A DNA stretch of 64,000 nt from Xanthomonas citri pv. mangiferaeindicae (GCA_002240395.1 CP016836.1:2457174-2521173); one strand, 5' to 3'. Shown: positions 39,180-49,737, numbered from the stretch's first letter. The notes: generated by a model from the sequence alone, not told the origin. Made by a program: numbers and translations.

Positions 39180-40276
39180 GCCAGGACACCCCCGACCACG
39201 CCCTCTTGCCCGCCGCCGGTGTGCTCGATGATGCCGCGCTGCAGGCCCTGGGCCTGACCGCAGACGACCGCGGCGAGATCGCCGCGGCCGGCAAGGCGCT
39301 TCAGGACATCTCGCCCGGCAATCTGCACGTGTTCGGCCGCGAGGCGGCGAGCAAGACGGCCGCCTTCTCCAGCCAGTTGCTCGATCAGGTGCGCAACAGC
39401 GACCTCGACGCCTCCGGCGACAAGCTCGGCGAGGTGGTACGCATCGCGCGCGGCCTCGACCTGGGCAGTGTCGCCGGGCGATCGAAGCTGCCGGTGATCG
39501 GCCCACTGATCGACCGGCTGCGTGGCTCGCGTGACGAACTGGTGCAGAAGTTCAGTACCACCAACCAGCAGATCGAGCGACTGATGCAGGACATCGGCCG
39601 CCAGCAGGACGGCCAGCACCGGCGCGTGTCCGAGTTCGACCGGATGTTCGACATCGTCGTCGAGGAGCGCCGTGCGCTGGGCGTCCACGTCGCGGCGGGC
39701 CGGCAGCGCTTGGCCGAACTGGCCGAGGACCTGCGCGCGCTCGATGGGCTCGACGACCCGCAGTCGCGTACCCGGCGCGCGGAGATCGACAACGCGGTCC
39801 GGTTGCTCGACAAGCGCGTCGGCGACCTGGCGGTGATGCAGCACGCCGCTGAGCAGTCGCTGCCGATGATCCGCTTGATCCAGGCCAACGCGATTCAGCT
39901 CATCGAGAAGTTCAACACCGTGCGCAACGTCACGATCCCGTCGTGGAAGCGGCAGTTCGCGATCCAGCTGTCGCTGGGCGAGCAGAAGAACGCAGTCGCG
40001 CTGTCGAATGCGATCGACGACGCCACCAACGAGTTGATGCGCCGAAACGCCGATCTGCTGCGCGAGACATCGGTGGGAACGGCGCGTGCGAACCAGCGTG
40101 CGGTGATCGACATCGCGACCCTGCGCCACGTCCACGACCAGCTGATCCACACGGTCGAGGAAGTCCGTCAGGTCCACCGCGAAGGCATCGAGCAGCGCCG
40201 GCAGGCAGAGGGCGAACTGGCGCGGCTGCGCGAGGACGTCCAGAAGCAGCTGGCCAAACCCGCGTTGGAGGTCTGA
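39176..40276 (+). CDS. TelA/KlaB-family 'toxic anion resistance' protein (366 aa)
   Basis: The conserved TelA C-terminal half is recognisable: MIRLIQANAIQLIEKFNTVRNVTIPSWKRQFAIQLSLGEQ..., DIATLRHVHDQLIHTVEEVRQVHREG. The protein is all-helical with no TM. Confidence 0.75.
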   Translation: MSQDTPDHALLPAAGVLDDAALQALGLTADDRGEIAAAGKALQDISPGNLHVFGREAASKTAAFSSQLLDQVRNSDLDASGDKLGEVVRIARGLDLGSVAGRSKLPVIGPLIDRLRGSRDELVQKFSTTNQQIERLMQDIGRQQDGQHRRVSEFDRMFDIVVEERRALGVHVAAGRQRLAELAEDLRALDGLDDPQSRTRRAEIDNAVRLLDKRVGDLAVMQHAAEQSLPMIRLIQANAIQLIEKFNTVRNVTIPSWKRQFAIQLSLGEQKNAVALSNAIDDATNELMRRNADLLRETSVGTARANQRAVIDIATLRHVHDQLIHTVEEVRQVHREGIEQRRQAEGELARLREDVQKQLAKPALEV

Positions 40277-40404
40277 GGTGCCATTCGCATCCCCGGTTTT
40301 CTGGATCCTGGTTTTGCGAGCGGGCAAGCAGGGCGGGCGCGCCCATCGCGCGCTCGACGCCGCCGTCGGCCGTCGGCGTGGGCAATCCAGCGTCGGACCG
40401 GTGC

Positions 40405-40428
40405 AGCGCCGTCCGTTGAAGGACGGCG
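40405..40428. terminator. Stem-loop (GCGCCGTCC-GTTGAA-GGACGGCGC) in the convergent gap between the TelA-like gene and hemE; possible bidirectional terminator without a U-run
   Basis: 9-bp perfect stem, seen in sequence. There is no flanking T/A run, so this is low confidence. Confidence 0.3.
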
Positions 40429-40441
40429 CGCGCGTCCGGTC

Positions 40442-41515
40442 TCAGCGCGCGCTGTAGTCGTGCACCTCGTCGACGAGCACCGCGACGTGATCGGGATTCA
40501 TGTCCGGCGACATGCCGTGGCCGAGGTTGAACACGTGGCCGTCGCGCGAGCCCTGGTTGCCGGCGGCGTAGCTGTCGAGCGCTCGCCGCACTTCGCTGCG
40601 GATCGCATCGGGCGCGCCGTACAGCGTCGCCGGGTCGAGGTTGCCCTGCAGGGCGACGCGGCCGCCGGTCCGGCGCGCGGCATCGCCGAGCTCGATCAGC
40701 CAGTCCACGCCGACACCGTCGGCGCCGGTCTGTGCGAGGTCCTCGAGATAGGCGGCGGTGCCCTTGCCGAACAGGATCAGCGGTGCGCGGTCGGCGCCGT
40801 CGCCGCGCTCGAGTTCCTTGGCGATGCGCGCCAGGTACGGCAGTGAGAACTCGCGGTACATCGCCGGGCTCAGCACGCCGCCCCAGGTGTCGAACACCTG
40901 CAGCGCCTGCGCGCCCGCGGCGCGTTGTGCGGCCAGATAGGCGATCACCGCGTCGGTGTTGACCGACAACAGCGCGTGCAGCGCCTGCGGGTCGTTGAGC
41001 GCCATCGCCTTGATGCGCGCGAAGTCTTTGCTGCCACCGCCCTCGACCATGTAACAGGCCAGCGTCCACGGGCTGCCCGAGAAGCCGATCAGCGGCACCG
41101 CGCCGTCGAGCTCACGACGGATCAGCCGCACTGCGTCCATCACGTAGCGCAGTTCGGTCTCCATGTCCGGCACGCCGAGCCGGGCGATCGCCGCGGCGTC
41201 GCGCACCGGGTGGCGGAACTTGGGACCTTCGCCTTCGACGAAGTACAGCTCCAGGCCCATCGCGTCGGGGATGGTCAAGATGTCGGAGAACAGGATCGCC
41301 GCATCGAGCGGGAAGCGGCGCAACGGCTGCAGCGTGACTTCGCAGGCGATGTCCGGTTGCTTGGCCATGCCCAGGAAGCTGCCGGCCTGGCGACGGGTCT
41401 CGCGGTACTCGGGCAGGTAGCGCCCGGCCTGGCGCATCAGCCAGACCGGCGTGCGGTCCACGGGCTCGCGGCGCAGGGCGCGCAGGAAGCGGTCGTTCTT
41501 CAGAGGTGCGGACAA
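40442..41515 (-). CDS. hemE: Uroporphyrinogen decarboxylase (357 aa)
   Basis: [39 protein letters not shown]... is a canonical HemE N-terminus. Confidence 0.9.
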   Translation of the reverse strand: MSAPLKNDRFLRALRREPVDRTPVWLMRQAGRYLPEYRETRRQAGSFLGMAKQPDIACEVTLQPLRRFPLDAAILFSDILTIPDAMGLELYFVEGEGPKFRHPVRDAAAIARLGVPDMETELRYVMDAVRLIRRELDGAVPLIGFSGSPWTLACYMVEGGGSKDFARIKAMALNDPQALHALLSVNTDAVIAYLAAQRAAGAQALQVFDTWGGVLSPAMYREFSLPYLARIAKELERGDGADRAPLILFGKGTAAYLEDLAQTGADGVGVDWLIELGDAARRTGGRVALQGNLDPATLYGAPDAIRSEVRRALDSYAAGNQGSRDGHVFNLGHGMSPDMNPDHVAVLVDEVHDYSAR

Positions 41516-41526
41516 GGGGGTCTTCC

Positions 41527-41820
41527 TTACTCGGTGGCGTCGGCGTGGGCCGTGCGGGCATCAGGAGCGGACGGCATCGTTGCTGCGTGCGTGCCGACCA
41601 GGTGGAAACCGCGACGCAGCTGGGTGTCGCGCGCGCGTTCGAGCGCGCCCAGCGCACTGGGCTCGTCGGCGTACTGCTGGCTGCGCAACTGGCTGCGGCC
41701 GCCGATCTGCCCCGACTCGCGCACGAGCGTCCAGCCGCCGAGCAGGTCGGGCTGCAGCATCAGCTGGACGAAACGCGCGGCCTCGTGGCCCTGGGCCGGT
41801 TGTTGCAGCAGCAGTCGCAT
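41527..41820 (-). CDS. Small hypothetical protein (97 aa) between aroB and hemE
   Basis: ORF with very high GC3 (coding-like): [78 protein letters not shown]... I recognise no family, and it could also be spurious. Confidence 0.3.
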   Translation of the reverse strand: MRLLLQQPAQGHEAARFVQLMLQPDLLGGWTLVRESGQIGGRSQLRSQQYADEPSALGALERARDTQLRRGFHLVGTHAATMPSAPDARTAHADATE

Positions 41821-41891
41821 GGGGCGGCATTGTACGGGGCGCAGGCCAAGCGCGGGCCTGCTTGCCCGAACAACGCGTTGGCGCAGCGGCG

Positions 41892-42986
41892 TCAGCCGGC
41901 GCGCAACACGCCGATGACCGCGCTTTCGGGCACGTCGGCCAGCACCTGGGCGCGGCCGGCGCCGGACCAGACGATGAAGCGCAGGCCGCCGGCCTGGGCC
42001 TTCTTGTCGAGCCGCATATGCGCCAGCAGGCGCTCGGAGTCGAGGCCTGCCGGCAGCGCGACCGGCAACTGCAGGCGGGACAGCAGCGCGATCAGGCGTG
42101 CGGTGTCGTCGGCCGGCGACAGGCCCAGCGCCTCCGACAGACGCGCGGCGAGCACCATGCCGACCGCGACCGCCTCGCCGTGGTTGAGTCCGCCGTAGCC
42201 CTGCTCGGTCTCGATCGCGTGGCCGAAGGTGTGGCCGAAGTTGAGCAGGGCGCGCTCGCCGTGCTCGAACGGATCGCGCGCGACGATCGCAGCCTTGTGC
42301 GCGCAACTGCGCGCGACCGCTTCGGCCAGCGCGGCCTCGTCCATGGCCAGCAGCGCCGGTGCCTGTGCATCGAGCCAGTCGAGGAACGGCGCATCGGCGA
42401 TCGCGCCGTACTTGACCACTTCGGCGAGCCCTGCGCGCAGTTCGCGCGCCGGCAGAGTGCGCAGCGCCGCGGTATCGGCAATCACCGCGCGCGGCGGATG
42501 GAAGGCGCCGACCAGGTTCTTGCCTTGCGGCAGGTCGACCGCGGTCTTGCCGCCGACCGACGAATCGACCATGGCCAGCAGCGTGGTCGGCAGTTGCACG
42601 CAGTCGATGCCGCGCATCCAGCACGCGGCGGCGAAGCCGGCCAGGTCGCCAATCACGCCGCCGCCCAGGGCGAACAGGGTCGCATCGCGGCGCAGCCGCG
42701 CCTGCGCCATCGCATCGACGACCTGGGTGAAATGGGCCAGGGTCTTGGCCGACTCGCCGGCCGGCAACACATGGCGATGCACGCGCAGGTCCGGCCGGGC
42801 GGCCTGCAGCGCGGCGGCGACCCGGTCGGCGTAGAGCGGGGCGACGTGGCGATCGCTGACCAGCATCGCCTCGCCACCGCGCACGTGTCGGGCAAGCAGC
42901 GCGCCATCGTCGAGCAGCGCCGGGCCGATGTGGATGGTGTAGGGGCGTTCGCCGGCGACGGCGACTTCACGAAGCGGTAAGGACAT
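41892..42986 (-). CDS. aroB: 3-dehydroquinate synthase (364 aa)
   Basis: [25 protein letters not shown]..., [14 protein letters not shown], metal-binding His motifs ([11 protein letters not shown]). Start fixed by counting from the stop. Confidence 0.9.
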   Translation of the reverse strand: MSLPLREVAVAGERPYTIHIGPALLDDGALLARHVRGGEAMLVSDRHVAPLYADRVAAALQAARPDLRVHRHVLPAGESAKTLAHFTQVVDAMAQARLRRDATLFALGGGVIGDLAGFAAACWMRGIDCVQLPTTLLAMVDSSVGGKTAVDLPQGKNLVGAFHPPRAVIADTAALRTLPARELRAGLAEVVKYGAIADAPFLDWLDAQAPALLAMDEAALAEAVARSCAHKAAIVARDPFEHGERALLNFGHTFGHAIETEQGYGGLNHGEAVAVGMVLAARLSEALGLSPADDTARLIALLSRLQLPVALPAGLDSERLLAHMRLDKKAQAGGLRFIVWSGAGRAQVLADVPESAVIGVLRAG

Positions 42987-43072
42987 GGGGGATGGCTCGG
43001 TTGCGCGTGGGGCCTGGCCCGTGGCATCGACGTGGCAGGTCAGGCGGGAGGCGTGGGATGGAAAGGCGGCGC

Positions 43073-43633
43073 TCATGCGGCCGGCGGGTCCGGTGTCGGG
43101 GACGTGGCGGGTCGCCAATGGGTCTCGACCAGGTGGCCGAGCGCGGCAGCGGCTTCCGCGCAACCGTAGGCGCCAGTGTCGAAGCGCAGATGGGCGGCCT
43201 GCGCATACAGCGGCGCGCGCACCTGGGCCAACCGATGCAGCACCTCGCTGCGATCGTCGCCAGCGATCAACGGCCGTGCCCGGTCGCGGGCCAGGCGTGC
43301 AAGCTGGGTGTCGACATCGGCATGCATATGGACCACGAAGCCGCGCGCGCGCATGCGCTGCCGGTTCTCGGCGTCGAGGACCGCGCCGCCGCCGGTCGCG
43401 ATGATCTGGCGGGTGCCCTCGAGCACCGCGGCCAGCGCCGCCTGCTCGCGCGCGCGGAAGCCCGCCTCGCCTTCGCAGTCGAAGATCGTGGCGATCGTCG
43501 CGCCGGTGCGGACCTCGATTTCGTGGTCGACATCGACGAACGCCAGCCCGAAGCGGGCAGCCAGGCGGCGGCCGATCGACGACTTGCCGGCGCCCATCGG
43601 ACCGACGAGCACGAGGTTGGGAGCACAGTGCAT
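43073..43633 (-). CDS. aroK: Shikimate kinase (186 aa)
   Basis: [24 protein letters not shown] (P-loop), ...TGGGAV..., giving aroK-aroB synteny. Confidence 0.9.
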   Translation of the reverse strand: MHCAPNLVLVGPMGAGKSSIGRRLAARFGLAFVDVDHEIEVRTGATIATIFDCEGEAGFRAREQAALAAVLEGTRQIIATGGGAVLDAENRQRMRARGFVVHMHADVDTQLARLARDRARPLIAGDDRSEVLHRLAQVRAPLYAQAAHLRFDTGAYGCAEAAAALGHLVETHWRPATSPTPDPPAA

Positions 43634-43699
43634 GGCCGAATCCTAGCAGCGGGCCGCACCGCATCGATGCCGGCCGCACATCATTGCCTGCGCGGCCGA

Positions 43700-44509
43700 T
43701 CAGCCGGGCAGGCGTACGCGCCGCTGCGCGTCCAGCGCGATCACGACATCGGCGGTATCCGGCAAGGTACGCAGCAGTCGTCGGCTGACGCGCTCGTAGT
43801 GCTGCACGAAGCGTTCGACCTGGGCGCGGTCCATGCCCGCCCGATCGGGCGCCGCACTGCGCAGCGCCTGCTCCTGCTGCCAGCGCCAGGTCGGCACCAC
43901 CTCGAAACCTGGCGGCTGCAGGAACAGCAGCCGGTCCACGCGCCGCCACAGTGCGGGGTAGTCGCGGGCGAGCGCGGTGTTGCACCAGTGGCGCCAGGTG
44001 CCGTCGGGATCTTCGTCGCGCTCCAAGGCGTTGATCGGCGCGGCCAGCGCCTCCGCAGGCTCAGGTGTCGCGCCCAGGCACCAGCCCTCGAACACGGTCA
44101 GCGCGACCGGGCCGGCACTCGCCCAGTCCGCGGCCGGCCGCCGGTCGTCGCGTCCCTTGTCGAAGCGCGGCAACCGGGTGCTGCCGCCCGCTCGCAGCGT
44201 ATCGAGCAGCGCGCAGCCGAACGCGACCTCATGCGTGCCCGGCGGGCCGCGGGTGGCGAGCAGCGGGTGCACGGTGCGGGCCAGGCGCTGCCGGGCACGG
44301 TGGTCGAGATAGAGGTCGTCGAGCGAGAGCACCGCGATCGCCAGGCCGCGCGCCCGACCGGCGGCGGCGAGCTGGGTGGCCAGCGTCGACTTGCCTGTGC
44401 CCTGCAGGCCACTGATGCCGAGCACGCGCGCCCCTTGCCGCAAGGCGTCGTCGAGCACGCGCGCGACGAGCGCGTCGGACCATTGCGCAGGTGAGGGCGG
44501 GGCGGCCAT
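43700..44509 (-). CDS. P-loop kinase of unknown substrate (COG4240-like; glycerate/uridine-kinase-like fold)
   Basis: [19 protein letters not shown] Walker A, with no other motifs I recognise. Confidence 0.55.
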   Translation of the reverse strand: MAAPPSPAQWSDALVARVLDDALRQGARVLGISGLQGTGKSTLATQLAAAGRARGLAIAVLSLDDLYLDHRARQRLARTVHPLLATRGPPGTHEVAFGCALLDTLRAGGSTRLPRFDKGRDDRRPAADWASAGPVALTVFEGWCLGATPEPAEALAAPINALERDEDPDGTWRHWCNTALARDYPALWRRVDRLLFLQPPGFEVVPTWRWQQEQALRSAAPDRAGMDRAQVERFVQHYERVSRRLLRTLPDTADVVIALDAQRRVRLPG

Positions 44510-44598
44510 CGCGGCACGATACCCGAGCGTCGACGCCGCCAGTGACGAATGGTGCGCCGACGTTCGACATCGCGGCGCGGCGGCGCGATGATCGGCAT

Positions 44599-45207
44599 AT
44601 GACCACGCCCTGCGCCGCCCTGCTGACCGAAGCCCTGTCCACGTTCTCCGTGCTGTTCGACGAGGCCGCCGCGGCCGGCGAGCCCGACCGCACCGCGATG
44701 ACCGTCGCTACCGCCGCCCTTGACGGGCGCCCCTCGGCGCGGGTCGTGCTGCTCAAGGCCTGGGACGAGCGCGGTTTCGTGTTCTACACCCATCTCGATG
44801 GCCGCAAGGGCCGCGAGCTGCAAGACAACCCGCAGGCGGCATTGCTGTTCCATTGGCCACGCGTGCGCCACGGCGTGCAGGTCCGCATCGAGGGGCCGGT
44901 GGTGATCGTCGGCGACGAGGAGGCCGACGCGTACTTCGCGTCGCGTCCGCGTGGCAGCCAGCTCGGCGCCTGGGCGTCGCGGCAGTCGGAGGAGCTCGAC
45001 GACCGCGCGACCTTCGAGCAGCGGCTCGACGATGTCGCCCGCGAGTTCGAAGGGCGCGACGTGCCACGCCCGCCACGCTGGTCGGGCCTGCGCGTCCGTC
45101 CCGACCGCATGGAGTTTTGGTACGGCGCCGACTATCGCCTGCACGAGCGCTGGCTCTACGAATGCGATGCCGCCGGCAACTGCCGCAAGCGGATGCTGTA
45201 TCCGTAG
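44599..45207 (+). CDS. pdxH: Pyridoxamine 5'-phosphate oxidase (202 aa)
   Basis: ...[40 protein letters not shown]...[24 protein letters not shown] are PNPOx signatures including the C-terminal W..G...RLHDR. Start is Met 37 of ORF 44491..45207. Confidence 0.85.
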   Translation: MTTPCAALLTEALSTFSVLFDEAAAAGEPDRTAMTVATAALDGRPSARVVLLKAWDERGFVFYTHLDGRKGRELQDNPQAALLFHWPRVRHGVQVRIEGPVVIVGDEEADAYFASRPRGSQLGAWASRQSEELDDRATFEQRLDDVAREFEGRDVPRPPRWSGLRVRPDRMEFWYGADYRLHERWLYECDAAGNCRKRMLYP

Positions 45208-45318
45208 ACCGGCACCGGCGGCGCCCGGTCACGGGGCGGAACGCTGCTTTGCACGGGCGTCATCCCCCGTGGCAGCCCGCGCACTAGCATGCAGGCCCCC
45301 AGCTTCGAGAGTGCCCCC

Positions 45319-45936
45319 ATGCAACGCATCGCCATTGTCGGCGTGACCGGTCGGGTCGGCTCGCGCCTTGCGCGCGAACTGCTCGCGCGTGGCCACCGCG
45401 TCACCGGCATCGCCCGCAACACCGCCGATGTCCCGCCGCAGGCGGGGTTGCGCCTGCAGTCCGCCGATGCCTCGCGCAGCGAGTCGCTTGCGCCGGTGCT
45501 GGCCGGGCACGACGTCGTGGTCAGCGCCGCCCGCTTCGACGGGGGGCCGAGTGCGCAGGTCGTCGTCGACGCGGTCCGCGCGGCCGGTGTGCCGAGGCTG
45601 CTGGTCGTCGGCGGCGCGGGCAGCCTGGAGGTCGCGCCGGGCGTCGCCTTGATCGACACCCCGGAGTTTCCCGAGGCCTATCGCGCCGAGGCCGCTGCCG
45701 GCCGTGCGTTTCTGCAGGCCTTGCGTGACGTCGCCGACCTCGACTGGACCTTCGTCTCGCCGGCGGCCGTGTTCGAGCCCGGCGAGCGCACCGGCGTGTT
45801 CCGGGTCGGCGGCGACAGCCTGCCGGTCGACGCCCAGGGCCGTAGTGCGATCTCAATGGAGGATTACGCCATCGCCTTCGCCGACGAGATCGAACGTCCC
45901 GCACACCCGCGTCAGCGCATCAGCGTCGGCTACTGA
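45319..45936 (+). CDS. NAD(P)H-binding atypical SDR / NmrA-like oxidoreductase (205 aa)
   Basis: MQRIAIVGVTGRVGSRLARELLARGHRVTGIAR is a Rossmann GxxGxxG motif. Confidence 0.7.
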   Translation: MQRIAIVGVTGRVGSRLARELLARGHRVTGIARNTADVPPQAGLRLQSADASRSESLAPVLAGHDVVVSAARFDGGPSAQVVVDAVRAAGVPRLLVVGGAGSLEVAPGVALIDTPEFPEAYRAEAAAGRAFLQALRDVADLDWTFVSPAAVFEPGERTGVFRVGGDSLPVDAQGRSAISMEDYAIAFADEIERPAHPRQRISVGY

Positions 45937-45992
45937 GGCCGCGTGCACGGGGTCGCGGCCCTGCCGCGGCGCCCGTGGACCTTGGCGTGTCG

Positions 45993-46460
45993 TCAGCGCG
46001 GGATCTCGCGGCTGAAACGCAGCACGGTGCGGATGCCGTCGGCGCCCGCGACCGCGATCTCCAGCCGCAGGGTGTCGGGGCCGGACGCATGTGCAATGGC
46101 GACATGCTCGACCTGTCCGTCGACGGTGACCGCTGCGAATGCCAGCGGCTGACGCACACCGCGCAGGTCGCGCGCATGACCGGTCACGGTCACTGGCGGC
46201 GTGGCGTCGCCGTCGCGGACGCTCACCAGTACGAGCACACGCTCGTCGCCGCGGTCGATGCCGTACTGGCGCGCGGCGGCCTCCGAGATGCGCGCGGTCG
46301 GCACGACGCTGGCCTCGACTTCGGCGGTGCCGAGCATGGCGCGTTCGGGCATCGCGAGGGTGTTGCCGCCGCCGCTGACGACCGGGGGGGACGGTTCGGT
46401 GCCGCAGGCGGCGAACGCCAGCGCCAGCATGGCCGCGAGCGGCAGCCGGCGCTCAGTCAT
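45993..46460 (-). CDS. Putative lipoprotein (155 aa; DUF4426-like, uncertain)
   Basis: MTERRLPLAAMLALAFAACG is a lipobox. It lies immediately downstream of proC with a 4-nt overlap. Confidence 0.5.
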   Translation of the reverse strand: MTERRLPLAAMLALAFAACGTEPSPPVVSGGGNTLAMPERAMLGTAEVEASVVPTARISEAAARQYGIDRGDERVLVLVSVRDGDATPPVTVTGHARDLRGVRQPLAFAAVTVDGQVEHVAIAHASGPDTLRLEIAVAGADGIRTVLRFSREIPR

Positions 46461-47295
46461 TGGCGGCCGACAGTTCGGCGCCGCGGCGCGCCGCGCTCGC
46501 GATCGCTTCGGCGACCAGGGCGCGCAGCCCGCCGGCCTCGAAGGTCTCGATCGCCGCCTGGGTGGTGCCGCCTGGCGAGGTCACGCGCTGGCGCAGTGCG
46601 GCGGGCGCTTCGTCGCTCTCGGTGAGCATGCGCGCCGCACCGAGCACGGTCTGCAGCACCAGCGTGCGCGCGTCGGCAGCCGGCAGGCCCTGGGCGATGG
46701 CCGCCGCCTCCATGGCCTCGGCGAGCAGGAAGACATAGGCCGGGCCGCTGCCCGAGACCGCAGTGACCGCGTCCATGCGTGCTTCGTCCTCGATCCAGAC
46801 CGTGGGCCCGGCGCTGCGCAGCAAGGCATCGGCGCGCTGGCGCCCGGCAGGGTCGACCTGTGCGTTGGCGAACAGGCCGGTCACGCCGGCGCCGAGCAGG
46901 GCAGGGGTGTTGGGCATCGTGCGCACGACCGCGACCCCGCCGCCGAGCCAGCGCTCGAGCTGTGCGGCGGTGATGCCGGCCGCGATCGACAGCACCAGCG
47001 GACGCGTTTCGGCGGCCAGCGGCGCGAGCGCTTCGCAGACCTCGCGCAGCACCTGCGGTTTGGTTGCCAGTACCCAGGTACTGGCGCCGGCGACGGCCTC
47101 GGCGGCGGTCTCGAACGTCAGGATGCCGAAGTCGCGGGCGAGCGCGTCGCGGGTGCCGGCATTGGGATCGGCGACGCGGATCGTGCGCGGGTCGGCGTCG
47201 CGCGCGAGCAGCCCGCCGATCAGGCTGCGTGCCATGTTGCCGCCGCCCACAAAAGCGGTCGTGGCGTCGGGATCGAAGACGGAGGCTTGGGGCAT
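46453..47295 (-). CDS. proC: Pyrroline-5-carboxylate reductase (280 aa)
   Basis: AFVGGGNMARSLIGGLL ... C-terminal SPGGTTQAAIETFEAGG. Start is Met 105 of ORF 46453..47607. Confidence 0.85.
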   Translation of the reverse strand: MPQASVFDPDATTAFVGGGNMARSLIGGLLARDADPRTIRVADPNAGTRDALARDFGILTFETAAEAVAGASTWVLATKPQVLREVCEALAPLAAETRPLVLSIAAGITAAQLERWLGGGVAVVRTMPNTPALLGAGVTGLFANAQVDPAGRQRADALLRSAGPTVWIEDEARMDAVTAVSGSGPAYVFLLAEAMEAAAIAQGLPAADARTLVLQTVLGAARMLTESDEAPAALRQRVTSPGGTTQAAIETFEAGGLRALVAEAIASAARRGAELSAAND

Positions 47296-47463
47296 GAGGA
47301 GTCCGGAACGGCAGGAAGGGAGCCGCCGCCAATGCCGCGCCGCGCAGTCCGGCGACGCGGCCGCATCGGGGCTGCGACGGCGGGGTCTATACTGCCGCCG
47401 GACACCGGGAGGCGCCAGTCGCCGCCGGCCCGCGCCGCCGCCGGACCACCAACGAGGGACACC

Positions 47464-48501
47464 ATGGACATCGCCGAACTGTTGGCGTTCTCGGTCAAGA
47501 ACAAGGCCTCCGACCTGCACCTGTCGGCCGGCCTGCCGCCGATGATCCGCGTCGACGGCGACGTGCGGCGCATCAACATTCCCGCACTCGACCACAAGCA
47601 GGTGCATGCGCTGATCTACGACATCATGTCGGACAAGCAGCGGCGCGATTACGAGGAGTTCCTCGAGGTCGACTTCTCATTCGAGATCCCGGGCCTGGCG
47701 CGGTTCCGCGTCAACGCGTTCAATCAGAACCGCGGCGCCGGTGCGGTGTTCCGCACGATTCCGTCCGAGGTGCTGACCCTCGACGACCTCAACTGTCCGC
47801 CGATCTTCCGCCAGCTGATCGACCAGCCGCAGGGCCTGATCCTGGTGACCGGGCCGACCGGCTCGGGCAAGTCGACCACGCTGGCGGCGATGCTCGACCA
47901 CATCAACAAGAACGAGTACGCGCACATCCTGTCGGTCGAAGATCCGATCGAGTTCGTGCACACCTCGCAAAAGTGCCTGGTCAACCAGCGCGAAGTCCAC
48001 CGCGACACCCATGGCTTCAACGAGGCGCTGCGCTCGGCGCTGCGCGAGGACCCCGATTACATCCTGGTCGGCGAATTGCGCGATCTGGAGACCATCCGTC
48101 TGGCGCTGACCGCCGCCGAGACCGGCCACCTGGTGTTCGGCACCCTGCACACCAGCTCGGCGGCCAAGACCATCGATCGCATCATCGATGTCTTCCCGGC
48201 CGGCGAGAAGGCGATGGTGCGCTCGATGCTGTCCGAAAGCTTGCGCGCGGTGATCTCCCAGGCCCTGCTCAAGAAGGTCGGCGGCGGCCGCACGGCGGCC
48301 TGGGAGATCATGGTCGGCATCCCGGCGATCCGGAACCTGATCCGCGAGGACAAGGTCGCGCAGATGTACTCGGCGATCCAGACCGGACAGCAGTCGGGCA
48401 TGATGACCCTCGACCAGCATCTCCAGGACCTGGTCCGGCGCGGCGTCGTCGCGCGCGCCCAGGCCAAGGAACATGCGAAAGACAAGCGACTTTTCGAATG
48501 A
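47464..48501 (+). CDS. pilT: Type IV pilus retraction ATPase PilT (345 aa)
   Basis: MDIAELLAFSVKNKASDLHLSAGLPPMIRVDGDVRRI...GPTGSGKSTTLAAM; AIRNLIRE... Confidence 0.9.
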   Translation: MDIAELLAFSVKNKASDLHLSAGLPPMIRVDGDVRRINIPALDHKQVHALIYDIMSDKQRRDYEEFLEVDFSFEIPGLARFRVNAFNQNRGAGAVFRTIPSEVLTLDDLNCPPIFRQLIDQPQGLILVTGPTGSGKSTTLAAMLDHINKNEYAHILSVEDPIEFVHTSQKCLVNQREVHRDTHGFNEALRSALREDPDYILVGELRDLETIRLALTAAETGHLVFGTLHTSSAAKTIDRIIDVFPAGEKAMVRSMLSESLRAVISQALLKKVGGGRTAAWEIMVGIPAIRNLIREDKVAQMYSAIQTGQQSGMMTLDQHLQDLVRRGVVARAQAKEHAKDKRLFE

Positions 48502-48606
48502 GTCTTGATGTCAGGATTCGTGAACAGTGATTCGTCAAGGTCAAGCGCGGCTGCTCGTCCGACTCCCGAATCACCCTTGACCAATCAGGGCTCCGCAGGA
48601 GCACAG

Positions 48607-49737
48607 ATGAGCAGCCTCGACTTCACTTCGTTCCTCAAGCTGATGGCCCACCAGCGGGCCTCGGACCTGTTCATCACCGCCGGCCTGCCGCCGTCGATGA
48701 AGGTACACGGCAAGATCTCGCCGATCACCCAGACGCCGCTCACGCCGCAGCAGGCGCGCGACATGGTGCTCAACGTGATGACCCCGCCGCAGCGCGAGGA
48801 GTTCGAGCGCACGCACGAATGCAACTTCGCGATCGGCGTCTCCGGTGTGGGCCGGTTCCGCATCTCGTGCTTCTACCAGCGCAATCAGGTCGGCATGGTG
48901 CTGCGACGCATCGAGACGCACATCCCGACGATCGAGGAACTGAACCTGCCGGCAGTGGTCAAGACGCTGGCGATGACCAAGCGCGGCATCGTGATCATGG
49001 TCGGCGGCACCGGTGCCGGCAAATCCACGTCGCTGGCGGCGATGATCGGCTACCGCAACCAGAACTCGAGTGGGCACATCATCACGATCGAGGATCCGAT
49101 CGAGTTCGTGCACCGGCACGCCGGCTGCATCATCACCCAGCGCGAAGTCGGCATCGACACCGACAGTTGGGAGGCCGCGCTCAAGAACACCCTGCGCCAG
49201 GCCCCCGACGTGATCATGATCGGCGAGGTGCGCACCCGCGAGGGCATGAACCACGCGATCGCCTTCGCCGAGACCGGGCATCTGGTGCTGTGCACCCTGC
49301 ACGCCAACAACGCCAACCAGGCGATGGACCGGGTCATCAACTTCTTCCCCGAGGATCGGCGCAGCCAGTTGCTGATGGACCTGTCGCTCAATCTCAAGGG
49401 CGTCATCGCCCAGCAGTTGATCCCCACGCCCGACGGCAAGGGCCGGCGCGCAGCGATGGAGATCCTGCTCGGGACCCCGCTGGTGCAGGATTACATCCGC
49501 GAAGGCGAGATCCCCAAGCTCAAGGAGATCATGAAGGAGTCGACCAACCTGGGCATGAAGACGTTCGACCAGTCGTTGTTCGAGCTCTATCAGGCCGGCG
49601 AGATCTCCTACGAGGACGCCCTGCGCTACGCCGATTCGGCCAACGAGGTGCGCTTGCGCATCAAGCTGGCGCAGGGCGGCGATGCGCGCACGCTGGCCCA
49701 GGGCCTGGATGGGGTGGAAGTCGCCGAGGTCCGCTGA
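48607..49737 (+). CDS. pilU: Type IV pilus ATPase PilU (376 aa)
   Basis: MSSLDFTSFLKLMAHQRASDLFITAGLPPSMKVHGKI...GGTGAGKSTSLAAM is PilT-paralogue architecture, in tandem with pilT. Confidence 0.9.
   Translation: MSSLDFTSFLKLMAHQRASDLFITAGLPPSMKVHGKISPITQTPLTPQQARDMVLNVMTPPQREEFERTHECNFAIGVSGVGRFRISCFYQRNQVGMVLRRIETHIPTIEELNLPAVVKTLAMTKRGIVIMVGGTGAGKSTSLAAMIGYRNQNSSGHIITIEDPIEFVHRHAGCIITQREVGIDTDSWEAALKNTLRQAPDVIMIGEVRTREGMNHAIAFAETGHLVLCTLHANNANQAMDRVINFFPEDRRSQLLMDLSLNLKGVIAQQLIPTPDGKGRRAAMEILLGTPLVQDYIREGEIPKLKEIMKESTNLGMKTFDQSLFELYQAGEISYEDALRYADSANEVRLRIKLAQGGDARTLAQGLDGVEVAEVR

Noticed and set aside
39176-40276. Interpreting the locus as a classical tellurite-resistance (ter) operon
   Set aside because: No terZ/A/B/C/D/E/F homologues are present. 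Only a TelA/KlaB-family gene occurs, and in an unusual flotillin/AAA+ context.
43076-43076. Alternative longer aroB start (MSAAFPSH..., ATGA-overlapping the aroK stop)
   Set aside because: The shorter product starting [22 protein letters not shown] aligns with the canonical AroB N-terminus at about 364 aa. The longer form would add a 30-aa non-conserved extension. I kept the coupled upstream ATG only as a possibility.
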